DNA of 64,000 nt, from NCBI RefSeq assembly GCF_009914755.1, contig NC_060942.1. One strand, written 5' to 3'. This stretch comes from the human T2T-CHM13v2.0 reference genome, Homo sapiens. Every line of letters starts with the position of its first letter. Position 1 is the first letter of the stretch. A program made the position numbers and the translations under genes. Positions 24,546 to 38,119 of the stretch are shown here, piece by piece. The notes beneath the pieces were generated by a model, which did not search any database, was not told the DNA's origin, and worked only from the letters and a program-made list of their open reading frames with translations.

Positions 24546-24828
24546 CTCTCCAGCATGATGCTCTTGACACTCAACATCCATCCATGCTGCTGTGTGCATC
24601 AACAGTTTCTTTTTATTTTTTTGGCTGGTTAGTGTTGCACTGGGTATGTATTCATCTATTTAAGAAAATTTGTGTTGTTTCCAGTGTTTTGCAATTAGAA
24701 ACAAAGATGCTATAAACATGTTTGTGAATATTGTTGTGAACATTTATTTAGGACAAATATCTAGGAGTGGTATGGATGGGTCACAAGGGAAGTACATGCT
24801 TGATTTTGTAAGAAACCACCCCACTGCT

Positions 24829-25209
<381 letters not shown>

Positions 25210-25219
25210 TCATCAACAG

Positions 25220-26238
25220 TGATGGTTCTTGCTTTACTTTGGCTACCGTGGCTTAATTAAATAGCACCAGTCCTCCAACGACATGGTTTCTATTTCACCT
25301 ACCACGGTGTATTAATTGTGAGCATTCTAAAAAGGACAACTTTGCTCCGGAATCATCTGTCCACAAATCACTGGTGAATAACAGGTGGGCTTCGTGGTCA
25401 GCCTCCCATCACAGCGCATCTTGGGAACCTGTTGGTGACGGGTCCCTGCAGATCTCCCATTTGGTTCCCAGACAGCAGAGCATCTGGCCATGCTGGCTCC
25501 CTGTCTCCCAGGGGTACACACCTGAAGCTTTGCAAAAACAAATAAGAGAAAGAGAAAACTGGCCAAAAAAGTTACAAGTACAACTTTTGAAATGAAATAA
25601 TATTCAAAGTGCAATTTCAATAGGAGGTAAGTGGAGTTACAGAAAATAGAAGGGCCAGCCACGGAGATGTGGCATTGCTGTCATCGGAAGCGTCACAGAC
25701 TTGCAGGCAGAGGAGCCCTGGGACGGCAAGGTCACTGATGGGGACAAAAATAATGAACACATCTCCAAGGAAGGGGCACCAGCGAACACGTCACAGCAAG
25801 GACCTCTCAGAGAAATGGCATGTCACGGAAAGCAAACGATAAACGTTTGAGGCTGATCAAACCTAGAGCGGAGCTTGGCAATTCATCTCAGCATGGAAGA
25901 GAAGCCAGCTCTGTTTCGTAATTTTACAAAAAGAAGGGGCAAGTCCTGTTCAAAGTACTTTTAACACCCTTTTTACCAAGAAGCCAAACATTGTAGTTGT
26001 CAATGTCCTGTTTTAAATTGTAGTGTTCTGCATAAATATTAGCTTCGTTTTTTTCATGTTTTGATGCATTTAGTACCAACACCAATACAACACTAAGTTT
26101 TTAAGATTTTGAGAAAAAATATTTACAGGTCACTAAACAATCTTAATTTTCTCCGATGAGTAAGACTGCTTGGCTTAGTTCCAACTTGCACAGTCATTTT
26201 TTATGATCCTGTCTTATTAGGGAAGGTCAGACCTGCCT
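25220..26238 (+). mobile_element. Non-autonomous TcMar-Tigger-like DNA transposon, about 1 kb (family tentative, possibly Tigger6-like)
   Basis: Follows a recalled Tigger-family consensus: TTAAATAGCACCAGTCCTCCAAC, GTCCACAAATCACT, GCTGATCAAACCTAGA, CTTGCACAGTCATTTTT; degenerate termini. Confidence 0.65.
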
Positions 26239-26509
26239 CTGCTTGCAAGTGCCAGATTTGATTTTTGGTGTTCTTTTAACTGTTGTCCTTCTAACAAGTG
26301 AGTAGTGTACCTCATTATGATTTTAGTTTGAATCTCTTAATGGCTAATATGGTAAGCACGTGTTCATGTGTTAATATGGTTTTCACAGGCTTATTTGCCA
26401 ACTGTATATCTTCTTTGCTGAAGTGTCTGATTGATCTTTTTCTTATTGTTGAATTTTGAGTATTCTTTATATATTGTGGATATTCAAGTTCCTTGCCCGA
26501 CATTGTAAT

Positions 26510-26977
26510 TGTCAAGAACTACGAAGATATGCAAGCTTTTCTTCTTAACATGCTAACTAGTTAGCCTGCCAGTTGACAGATATTGGAAAGCAACTCATAA
26601 GTCAGAGACAAAGGACTTTTATTACAAAGGACTTTATTACTCACGACTCAGCAAGCAGCAAGAGCTTGTGTCCACGCCAGCTCCCTTGTTCCCCCAATCA
26701 CACAGGGGTGATTACTGGGGTGTAGGTGGGTACTCATGCACAAGTGGGTTTGTGTCTGAGGAACTCCACCTTAACAAACTAGAATATTTTTTATAGTAGT
26801 AAGCTAGGAGACCCTCTCTTCCTCTCAGAGGAAGACATTGTTTTTATCATATTAGGAAGTAATCCTATCTGCCTTTTGCTCTGCAGGGAGCAATGTACTA
26901 CATTCCAAAGCTGTTGGCTGAAAGGTACCTCTGCTTACAAGATATGCAGAATCGAGATCCATGACAGTCTCCCAACA
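26510..26977 (-). mobile_element. LTR40-like ERVL solo LTR
   Basis: TGTCAAGAACT...GTTAGCCTGCCA...GTCAGAGACAAAGGACTTTTATTAC...GTCTCCCAACA. Confidence 0.75.
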
Positions 26978-27039
26978 CTGTCAAACTTTAGAAAATTTTA
27001 ATGCAGAGTTTAATTTGTCATTATTTTCTTTCTTATCAT

Positions 27040-30000
27040 TTTATTTGTACAGTTGTCTAAAACTTTGTCATTTTATAAATCTTTTCAAAAATCAACTTTA
27101 AGTTACATTGATTTTTTCTAATAACTTTTTATTTTCAATTTCATTGATTTTTGCTCTTATCTGTATTCTTTGCTTTCTTCTGCTTGTTTTGGGTTTATTT
27201 CACTCACTTTGTGTAGTATCATAAGGTGGAAGCTTGTAGTATGGATTTGATAACTTCCTTTCGAATCTAGGCGTCCAATGATATAAAGTTCCCTTAAATC
27301 CCTGCTTTAGCTGCAAACCATTCTTTCTTTTAATTTTTTCCCACTTAGTTCAAAATATTTTACAATTTTTTCTCCACTTCAACCTATGAGTTATTTAGAA
27401 ATACATTGTTTAATTTCCAAATATTTGTGTATTTTCTAGTTATCATTCTCATATTAATATCTAGTTTAATTTTACTATGATCAGAGAATACACTTGAAAT
27501 AATTTCAATAATTTGTAGTTTGTGAAGGTTTGTTCTATGATCCAGAATATGATCTGTCCTGGTGAATGTTCTATGTGCATTTGGAAAGAACATGTGTTCT
27601 GCTGTTGGTGGTTGGAGTGTTCTACTAAAATCGAGTGGGTCCAGTTAGTTAATGGTGATTTTCTAGTATTCATCCTGATTTTCTGTCTACTTGTTCTATT
27701 GATTTCCGAGAAAGACCTATTAATGTCTCCAGTTGTAATTATGGACTTGTAATTCTCCTTGTATTCTAATTCTTCTTTAGCTCCATAAATGTTTACTTCA
27801 TGTATTTGAGTCTCTTCTGTTAGGCACATACATATTTAGGATGGCTATATCTTCTTGGTGAACGGAGACTGCCACCACATTGTAAAATCTGCCTCTTTTC
27901 TTCTTTGTCCTGAAGTTTGCTTTTTCTGAAATTAATAGAGTAACCCCAGTTTTCTTCTGATACATGTTTGCATGGTGTATCTTCTTTTCATCCGTTTATT
28001 TTTATTACTAAAATAAATTATACTTTAAAGGTGGGTTTATTATAAACAGCGTGGAGTTAGATTATTAAAAATTCCAGATGTACTGAATTGTCAATATGAC
28101 AATTTCTGTACATTTAGTTGATGTGTTTAGAACATTTCCATTTAATGTAAACATTGACATGTTTGCATTCAAGTCAATTATCATTTTTTATCTTTGTCCT
28201 CTCTACTTTTCATTCTTCTCTCCCTGTCTTTCTGCCTTCTTTTAAGTTTTTTGAATACGTTCAGTCTTTCATCTTATCTATTTAATTTTTGATAAAAATC
28301 TCTTTGAACACATTTTTTCAGCAAAGTTTCTCAACACTTATTAAGAAACTACCTAAGAAGGACAATATTTCAAGAAAGTTTGTTTAATTGGCTTACTGCT
28401 AATGAAAAATGGTTATATGAAAATTTTTATTTTGTTGAAAACAATTATTTTACTGAATAATAATTAAATTTAGTTGTCTATTATGTTTTCTAACTTTCAA
28501 TGATATGATAAAAATATCATTGCATGTTTTTTGATTTGTTATTATGAACGTATATGCATAAAATAGACAATAATATGCCATTTTGTGGAAAAACTTGTTC
28601 TAATCTTAGATGTAAAACAATAAGCCTTTCCTTATTAAATAGGAGGTTAGCTGTAGGTTTTTCCCAGCTTCCCAAGTTGAGGTAATTCTCTTCTAGTCCG
28701 ATCTCACTGAGGGCTCTTTTTAGCATGTTAGGTTTGGTCAAAACAAAATTGATGCAAAAAATCCTTTATTTCTGCATTGATTGATATAATTATGATCATA
28801 TGACTTTTTTCTTTTGCCTCTTTTTATGGTGTGTTATGATAAAAATACTTTTATGATCAATTATTGATAATAATCAATTTATTGATTATTGAATATTCCA
28901 CTAGCCTGGCATATCTGAAATAAAATCTATTTTGTCGTGTTACATAAGTTTTTCTTTTTCTTTTTGTCTTGCTGTTGAATTTAGCTTGCGAATATTTTGA
29001 TGAGGAGTTTGCAGCTAAATTCATGACAGACAGCTATTGGTTTGTAGGAGGTTTTTTTGTACTGTATTTTTCTGGATTTGGCCTCAGTGTAATACCAGCT
29101 TCATAAAATGAGTTGGGAATTGTTCTCCCTTCTTGAATTTTTGGAACAGATTGTATTCCATATGTTACTTCTATAAGTGGTTGATAGAATTGTCCAGTGA
29201 AATCATCTGAGCCTGGGGATTTCTCTTCCAGGAGCTTTTAAAATATGAATTTAATTTCTTGAATAATGATTGGGCTGTTGTAGAGTGTCTCTCCGTCTGT
29301 AGTTTATGTCTGTGTATGTGGGTCACATGGAGAGTTCTGTGTATTTGGATCAGGTCCTGTTGGTTGGTCATGTTGTTCACGTCTTCTGTGTCCTGGATGC
29401 TGTCCTCGCCTGCCGTTCTCTCAGTTGCTGAGAGGGGCTTATTAAGTTCCCCAACTAAAACTGTGGATTTGTCTCTTTCTCCTTTCTAGTTCTACAGGTT
29501 TTAGCTTTATGTGTGTTTAGATTCTATTGTTTGGTGTATACAAAAAAGGACTGCTATGTCTTTGCAATGTCTTATGTAATTTCCCTTTCTCTGAAGTCTA
29601 CTGTATCAGATCTTTATATACACACTCCTTTTTTTTAAAATTATCTTTTTCTATTATTTTCCTTCAATGTACTTATGTCGTTAAATTTTCAGTGAGTTTA
29701 TTATAAACAGCATATTTTGGGGTCATGTTTTTTTGTACACTGTGCCAAATTCTGCTTTTGATTGGTGTATTTCAACCAGTTATATGTACAGTAATCATTT
29801 GTATTTTAGGGCTAAAGTCTGCCATATTGTGATATGTTATGTATTCCCCTGTTTCTCCTTTTTATGTTATTTTATTACATTTTTTCCTTTCTCCGGATTA
29901 CGTGAATGCTATCTGGGGTTCCTAATTTACGGATTTATAGTGCTTGTGAGTTCATCTTCTCACTTAGCTTTCCCGGCGGTTTCTCTGGTATCCGTGTGTA

Positions 30001-30300
30001 GCTGTCCCAGCCTGCTGGCATCGACGTGCTGCCCTGAACTCGAGGCAGCTGCATCATTGCTGCTTGTCATTCTTCTGTCGGCTCACCACACGAGCCCAGC
30101 GTTTGTGCATCTCAGTGTTGGCATCAGCTGAATCTCTTTTTTCTTTCAAGTTGTGATTTTCTTGGTTCTTGGTGCAATGGAGCTTTTACGTGGTGTATTG
30201 GCTGCTTTTCATGGTGTCAGCTGACTCTGGGTCCTGGTTAACTTGTTTGGTGTAGCAGGAGACCCTCTGCCTTGGCTGGGTGCAGCTCCTGGCCTGCTCT
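27040..30300 (-). mobile_element. Fragmented old L1 (L1M) ORF2 pieces
   Basis: Minus-strand ORFs give ORF2 endonuclease and RT-region motifs: FFPNAHRTFTRTDHILDH, SVFSDHSKIKLDIN, WKLNNVFLNN, EKPTANLLFNKERL. Confidence 0.85.
28320..28560 (+). mobile_element. hAT transposase C-terminal fragment (Tip100/Arthur/Zaphod-like)
   Basis: Frameshifted translation SFSTLIK/NYLRRTIFQESL resembles the hAT dimerisation motif SFSKLKLIKNYLRSTMSQERL. Confidence 0.5.
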
Positions 30301-30849
30301 GTGGACCGTGACTCTGTGTCTGGAAGCCTCACACTGATGCTTTGCTCTCCTTCGTTTTCCTCCTGCCACCGGGGCTTCCACACGTCAGGCCTGAGAGGGC
30401 CTCTGGAGCCTGCAGGCCCATGGGACATGATCAAACATACCATGTTGTCACAAGCCCCGAGCTATTGTCTAAGAAAGGGGAAGGCCTTGGCCATGGACAC
30501 ACCCTCAGCCCATCTCCACGGAGCAGTCACTCACACGTGTATCTCAAGCCTGGTCACTGTCAAGGCATCAGACCCTCCTGTAACCAGAAGCAGTTCTTAC
30601 TCTTGCCAGAGACAGCAGCCTTGCCATTGATGTGAACTAATTTTCATTAAGTATTTAGTTATAAGAAATCATATTTATGGAAGTTACTATGAAAATCACA
30701 CAATCCATTCACCCAAGCCCTGTCAGCCTCACTATGTATCTGTAACCTATCTGTATTTCTGCTTTGTACACAAATTTAAGAGTAAGGAGCAAGGCAAAAG
30801 AACTCATCCTACAAAATCCTGAAACTTTATAATAGTATTTTATTGTAAT

Positions 30850-31075
30850 AATGGAAAGCTCACATTTATCACTCAATTTATAATATACTGTAAGCATATT
30901 ATTTCCTGACACCTCCCTAAAACTTATGGGGTCATTATCATAATCACAATTTTATCAAAAAGAAAGTGAAGATTAAGTGGTTAAATACCAGTTATAGGGT
31001 TCTAGGCAAATTAGGAGTTTTAATCCTGGCTCTCTGAATCCAAACTCTGCATCTGTAACCACTATACTACACTGT
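30850..31075 (-). mobile_element. MIR
   Basis: AGCTCACATTTATCAC...CTCTCTGAATCCAAACTCTGCATCTGTAACCACTATACTACACTG. Confidence 0.75.
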
Positions 31076-31639
31076 GGAAACAAATTATTTTTCTTTTATT
31101 TCTTAAAATAATGTTTGTTCTCTCTACGACTAAAAATAATGTCTACACTTTAACCAAAGCATAGTGTTACGATGCTTATTTATATAAATGATTTCACCAC
31201 AAAAACGGCTAAAATAAACAAAAGGATGTTAAAATGTGTAAATCTAAAAGTATCCATTCTGAAACTATGGAATGACCCATCTTTGACAAATATCTTGTTC
31301 TGGGTAGAAATATTTATTACATAATTGGTTTGCAAATAGGCAACATCCTTTGAAATGGGGGAAACGAGACAGGTGTTTACTCCTGCTCTCTTCTCCCCTG
31401 ACAGTGAGGCCTGGGCCGTGGAGAGCACCATCCAGGGACCCCCCGGGGCCCCAGACTTCTAGGAGCAGTATATGTAGATGGAGAGGGGGAAAAGAGACAG
31501 TGGAGGAGTAACACTAAGTGAGCGAAGTAAAAGTGGCAGAGAAAATCAGTTTTATGTAAAACACAATAAACATGCTTAGAAGAAACAAAAAGCAGTTCTA
31601 TTGGCCTCAGAAGCAAAATGAGTTTTCCCCCTTCTTTTA

Positions 31640-33495
31640 CTATTTTAACTTTCTTGTGGAGGTGCTGGCCAATGAAATCCTTTAAAAGTACTAAGGTCAT
31701 AAATATTACTAAAAGAGAATCATTAGGTAATTTTTCAGATATTTTCAATAGAAAATCATCAGATACTTTTTCAAATATATGTAGAAGAAAATACTTGATT
31801 ACCAGTAGGAAATCATATGTGTGTATGATGCCACACACAAACATATTTATATACATGAGTTCAGTAGTGATGGTGTCAAAAATGGACAGGCAATAAAAGT
31901 TATATACAAAAACAGACAGAAGGATAGTAAAGAGTCAGCATATAATATTACACAAAGAGATTATATAATTGTGTTTACGTAATACATATTGTATATACAG
32001 TATTACATAGGGAAAAACACGCACAAGTAAAAACCACCAGAAACATATTTTATATGGAAAAATGAACACAATTTTAAAGTATGTAAAATAAATATTGAAT
32101 CAATAAAATGAATACCTTATTTTTGGCTAGGAAGGCTTAATGTGAAAAGGACCTCAGTTTTTAATTATTCCTATATGAATTAATATCCTTAACATCCTAC
32201 CAAAGAAAATTCCAACTCATTCACAATGAATTAACTTAGAAACTTTATAAAACTGCTTCTGAAATTTTCCTGGAAGAAACGTGTTTGAAGAACCGGGAGA
32301 TGCAATGTCTCTGACCCCTGGAAGAGCTGGCTGTGCACTGGCCCGCCACTGTGCCTTTCACTTTCCAGGTCAATCCGTCTTCAGGGAAATGCGGCCCTGT
32401 GGGGTAGCCACAGTTATTATGTCCACTGTAGGGACTAAGAAGTGGAAGTTATAAGGGTTAAGTAACTTGTCAAGGTCATGCAACTAGTAAGAGTCCAATC
32501 AGGAAGTTGAAGCCAAGTCCATGAATCCATTATGTTTCCTCAAGAAGGACAAAGGAAGGGCACATAAAGGGACAATGCTCACTTCCGGGTGTGAATGTTC
32601 ATAGGAGGCTGATGTGATGATGGTGTGAATAATAATGATGATGGTGTCAGTAATGAAGACGGTGTGACAGTGTGGAGAAAGCAACGTGCTCAGATACAGG
32701 CTGAAGCAGAAAGAGAAACTTCCTAGATGAAATAATTGCATCTGAAATCATCAGGAAAAAATACTGGTCGATCAATGATGGTGTGAAACATAAAGCTGCA
32801 ACTCTGCATCACTTTTCATACTAAAACACATTTGGTGTCAGAGAAGATTGTAATGTAAACAGCAATATATAAATCAGACAACCAAAAAGCTGTTGATATT
32901 AATAAACAGAGATCAACAATCTAATTTCATAGCATGTGAAAGTCAAATTTATAGATAATTCACAGAAGAAGAAATATAAATGACCAGCAAAGTATGAAAG
33001 ACATTTGACTTCATTAGCAAATGATTACAAATTAAAATGACCTTGAAATTTTGTTTGCCCTTAGTTTTCCTAGAAGAAAAGGCCCCCCCGACCAAAAAAA
33101 AAAGAAAAAAAAAAACATGATAACCTTTCCCATATTTGTCAGAATGGGAATGAACACTGATAGCTTCTGGATGATTTGACAAAACGTATTAAAATGATCA
33201 AAATTTAAAATAAGTTGACCTTCTTTAACATTCAAGTTTGACTCTGCTATGTCTAATGGAAAGAATTAGATAAGTCAAAAAAAGATATAAGCACAATGAT
33301 GTTCATTACAACATTATTTATATTAGAGGAAATTGGAATCGACCTAAATGTTCATCAAAGGAAATCTGTTAAATAAATTAGAGGACATCCATAGTGCTCA
33401 GCTATTAAAAAGAATGATGTAAATCCACATTTGCTGACTTGGAAAAATGTCCATGAGCAAACAAAGCAGGTTGCAAAATGGTCTGCAATACACAG
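31640..33495 (+). mobile_element. Very old L1ME fragments, with a MIR at about 32400-32525
   Basis: CACAATGATGTTCATTACAACATTATTTATATTAGAGGAAATTGGAATCGACCTAAATGTTCATCAA is L1 3' region; MIR core GGTTAAGTAACTTGTCAAGGTCATGCAACTAGTAAG. Confidence 0.6.
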
Positions 33496-35089
33496 TCCCA
33501 CAGTCACACTGGGTGTGAGAGAGAAACACTAAGAATAAAATCTCCCATGCATTGCCTTTAGCTTTTAACAATAAAGAAAATTAAACTTGAGTCTTACCAG
33601 TTGGCTCCTTTGATAATTATGAGCTCTGATACTTCCCTAATGCTGTCAGCCAAACCCTAGTGCTTTTGATGTAAGAAGTTTATTATATTTCTTTATTTTG
33701 GTAAGATGTATTGTTTTCATCTATTTTTAAAATGTACATTTTATTCTTGTTTAAAATATGAAAGTAATATACTATTTAGTGCAATTCACTTGAAGTTGGC
33801 ATAGTAACCAAAAACTACAGTCCAACTGTAAACAAATACTCTATTGATATGGAAATTACAACTTTAATACGTATCATGATAATTTATATAGACATGAAAT
33901 TCTTTTCATAAAACCTACCGTTTTTCTGGTGGAATAATAAATGTGCATAACATGATGATAGCATTTGAAAAATTAAATATGTTCCCTGGGATGCAAATAT
34001 TGTATGTGCTGGAGTGAAATGATAGCCTGAAAATCAAATCTTTACCGTGGGCCCAAGGTGGAGAAAAGACGTGGACTTAGGCCCTGACCATCCGTACTTT
34101 GCACACGTAGAGAGACAGCTGGGATGCATGTTTATAGCTTTGCTTGTGCAAACAGAGAAGCATGCCAGTCTTCTCATGCAGCAAATCTTATTTCCGATAC
34201 AAATTTGAAAATCCGTGAAGCATGATAATATTCACTCTAGGATCTATGACCTCCCATAAAACACAAGGAGGATGAGGAGTGGGTTAAATGGATTCTAATG
34301 ATGCCTGTGGACTCGTGCACTCCCGTAATGACTGGGGAAGATTTATACGCTCTCTCTAGGTATAATTAGACACCCACAAACCCGTCTGACCCTGCTGTGG
34401 TGAAGAGCCCTTCTGCTTTTTGTTTCAGCAGATGAATCAATACTCGCACGTTCTACCACTGTGGAGTGAAATTGAGGAAATGAAAATCTGATAATTTTGC
34501 TCCCAGTGCCGTCTAGACAGAGGAGAGCAGTGTTAGTCTTTGACAGGAAGATCTATTTCCAGTTTCTCAAAAGGCTAGTGTCAATTTTGAAACTTCTCTT
34601 GTTATTGATTTTCAGTTTTGTTAAAAAGGATGCTTTATTAGGAATATTAGTCCCAGCGACCGTGTAGGCTCATATCTAGTCCACCAGCAGGTGAACGCGC
34701 ATTTTAATTTGGGGTCTGGGTGGGTTTGAATTGCAGATCCTTGTGTGCAGTTCTCGTCAGCCTGTCGCCCCATGTCGGCAGTCAGCTGCACTCCTACCTA
34801 TTAAAGGGGAGAGCCAAAGTCGCCCTCTGTGTCTCCATGGATAGGCCTCGATTTTACCAATTCATTGAATTATACGTCTCTCCTAAATATCTTAGAATGC
34901 ATTTGCTGACGTTTTGTAAATGTATATTTGCCTGACCACACACCGTTGACACTGGGGCTTGCAAGCTTTTAGATTTTAACATCGTCAAAACAAATTGTAT
35001 TGAATCAGTGAAGATATTCCAAGCAAACACCACCAATGCTCTGTTGGCATTCACTAACAAGCCACGCCATCATACCTGCTCTGAAACGC

Positions 35090-35305
35090 TCTGTCTTCTG
35101 GGTCCCTCCGTGACCCCGCCACACATCCTAGACATCCCTTTTCCTGTGGTCTTTTTTGGCTCTCTGTGCCCTTCCCCCAATACTTATTGGAATATTTACT
35201 TATTTTTGCCTCTTCCCTAAACTGTACATTCCTTGAGAGAAGAAGTGTTTTGATTCTTCTAAGTTCCCTGGACTTGGCAAAGTGCCCACTACAGAGTGGG
35301 AACTC
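35090..35305 (+). mobile_element. L2 3' fragment
   Basis: CTAAACTGTACATTCCTTGAGAG...GACTTGGCAAAGTGCCCACTACAGAGTGGGAACTC. Confidence 0.55.
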
Positions 35306-36813
35306 GGGGCCATTAAGCAGGGGCAAAATGCCCTCCGCCCTCCACTGTGGTCTGAGCTGTTCAGCTTAAAGCATGTATCTGGGTTCTTACTGAATCATGT
35401 TTGTACTTTCTGTTCCTGAGAAATAAAATGTTTCAGGATCACATGAATTTTTAATAGCCAGTTAGACATCATTGTGGAGAAGAATTTTGTGTCTGGTATA
35501 ATTTTGTATCATGGCCATTATGGAATAAAAAAAGATAATGATCCTCATACTATTAATACTGTAGACCACTGAAAGCGTAAAGCAAGATGTTTCTTTTCTC
35601 CATTTCTTTCATTTCACTTTTTAATAAGTGGTGAATTCTATGAACCAATTCCCCAGGGTCACGGGATCACCTAGAATGAGGTTTCACACAGAACATTGTG
35701 AGTGCACTTGAGAAGAAAGATTTATGCAAACCACCCTGCACTTCCTTCTGAAGGAGACACGATTTTGGTTTCTGCAGAAATTTGCATGAAATATGGACCA
35801 CAAGAAAACTCCATTTGTGGCTTACAGTGGTACTTCTTGAAAGTGGAATTTTATTCCCCAGCGAATGAATGAAACCTCGGAAGCGCACTGCCTCCTTGCA
35901 CAAAACCACTCAGGGCGGCGTCATCTCATTCATCTCTTGCCACCGGATCCACCGTAGACTGAACAACTTCTGGACACCATGAAAGCTGAAGGAGAAAATG
36001 GGTGTGGGATCCCCGGATCACTCCCATTTGCATCCACTTGAAATCAGAATCATGGTATGAAGCCTTTGCTAAAATGCAGTTACTGACAAGCTGTTGTGAG
36101 TTTTTGTTCATTAAAAACTCCAGACTTTGCCCCTTTAATCACTTCCATCGATTGACCTAACATGGTGGCTAGTGAAGATGCTTTCTCTGACGTCCTGAGG
36201 TGAACCAAAATCTAATCCGCATTTTTGTTTTCTTTTCTATTTTTCTATTCTGCTGCCTGCAACCACGTCCAAATCGCGGCGAAATCATTGTGCACATATC
36301 AGCTGTTGAAGGTGAGGACCTGGTGCCTGCACCCGACGTGGACTTGCTTCCTCACCTGTAAGCCATGGCGGTGCAGCAGGTGAAGCACTCCAGGGACACT
36401 TTCAATGGTGTGCCACGCCTCATTTTACAAAACAAGGATGTTCTTGCAATCTGTTTTCATTGCACCTTTTAAACATCAAAAGTTCTGATGAGCCCCGTGG
36501 TTAGGAAGTATATTTACTGCATGAGAGTCATGTTCTTTCAGCACATTGCTCTCTAGCAATTCAAAATACAATTTTATTATTGCTCTTGTCTTATTTCAGA
36601 ATGAAAATCTTCCTTTCATGGCGGGGGTGGGGGGTCATCTCGAGGACATGTCTCACAAAGCAAGTGGAAAGATGGTAAGAAACTACTTGATTTATCTGAG
36701 GAAAAACCTGACTCACTTTTTAAAACTCCACAATACAATATTTTAATTTGGTACCAGACACTTTTTCCTCTATGGTCTGAGGTCCTAAAAGAATAAAAGG
36801 AGAATTACGGATT

Positions 36814-36984
36814 TGTGTGTGTGTTTGTGTGTATGTGTGTATCTGTGTGTGTATGTGTGTATGTGTGTGTGCATGTGTGTATACGTGTGTGCATTTGTGT
36901 GTATGTTTGCATACGTGTGTGTACGTGTGTGCACGTGTGCACATGTGTGTATGTGCATGTGTGTGTGTGTGTGTGTGTGTGTGT
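36814..36984. repeat. Compound (TG)n microsatellite
   Basis: TG/TATG/TGCA tract ending in a pure (TG)n run. Confidence 0.95.
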
Positions 36985-37271
36985 TGGGGGTGGGGAATTC
37001 TCTTTCTTCCCCCCAAAGCCACTGAATTTAGACAATGGTGGGTGTTGGGGAAATGCTGTCCTGGTGTGGTGTAGGTTTTAACTTAGTTGAATCCTCATGC
37101 TTGCAGAATGTCTCCTAACCACAGTCTTCCATGAGATGATGCCAGCACTTAGCACAGAGACACAGGCAACCAGACCTGGACAAATGAAAATCACACTGGC
37201 GGGAGGCCAGTTTAAGTGACGACTGATGGAGAGAGATGGGTAGGTACCTTGTCATCCCAGTAACCCACTTG

Positions 37272-37348
37272 CAGATAGAATGACCTGTAGCAAGTCCTGG
37301 GACCTCTCCAGATAGAATGACCTGTAGCAAATCCTAGGACCTCACCAG
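37272..37348. repeat. Tandem duplication, 37-bp unit
   Basis: CAGATAGAATGACCTGTAGCAARTCCTRGGACCTC at 37272 and 37309. Confidence 0.9.
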
Positions 37349-37809
37349 CCTTTTTGGAAACAAAAGGTTTCCACTAAGTAAATCCTTCCCTTTCGCCTGT
37401 GGCTGGTCTTCTGAGGGCATGTCGTCTTTGCTACAGAAATGATGTAAAATGCAACATCCACTAACCTAGGACCAGATCGCTTTGTATATGACGAGCAGCA
37501 TTTCTGTATTTAAAAATTTTCTTTAAAATGACTTCCAATTATAGGACATGTCTACCACTTCAGCCCCCTAAGTTCAACCAAAATTCCTGGACAGCCATGA
37601 AGGAGTTTATTTTTTAAATAGGTTTACACTCATCAGTGGTTGTGTTCAGTTACCATCCTAACAACAGTGGCTTCTGTTTTCAGCGCTTCATCTTAACCCT
37701 TTCTTGGAGCAACACGTATATTACCTTAAAAATAAAATATATTTCTTCTCAGATAGTTCAACTAAATGACTTTGGGATAAAAATATGGGTTATAGCCCAA
37801 AATGTTCTT

Positions 37810-38119
<310 letters not shown>

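Larger units (their letters stand above)
23380..24550 (-). mobile_element. L1MA8/9-like 3' end, interrupted at 23617/24155
   Basis: GGAATAGCTAAATTGAGCTCATTAACAT...TGTAGTCACCATGTTATACAATAGGCCTCTTGAACTT resumes as CCTCCTATCTAACT...TATCCTCTGACC. Confidence 0.8.

Noticed and set aside
25374-25900. Possible processed pseudogene (PEALQKQ peptide) present in two copies
   Set aside because: No sustained reading frame, poly-A or TSD; better explained as Tigger-like DNA transposon sequence
36720-37081. Cys/Val-rich and His/Thr-rich ORFs
   Set aside because: Artefacts of the (TG)n microsatellite
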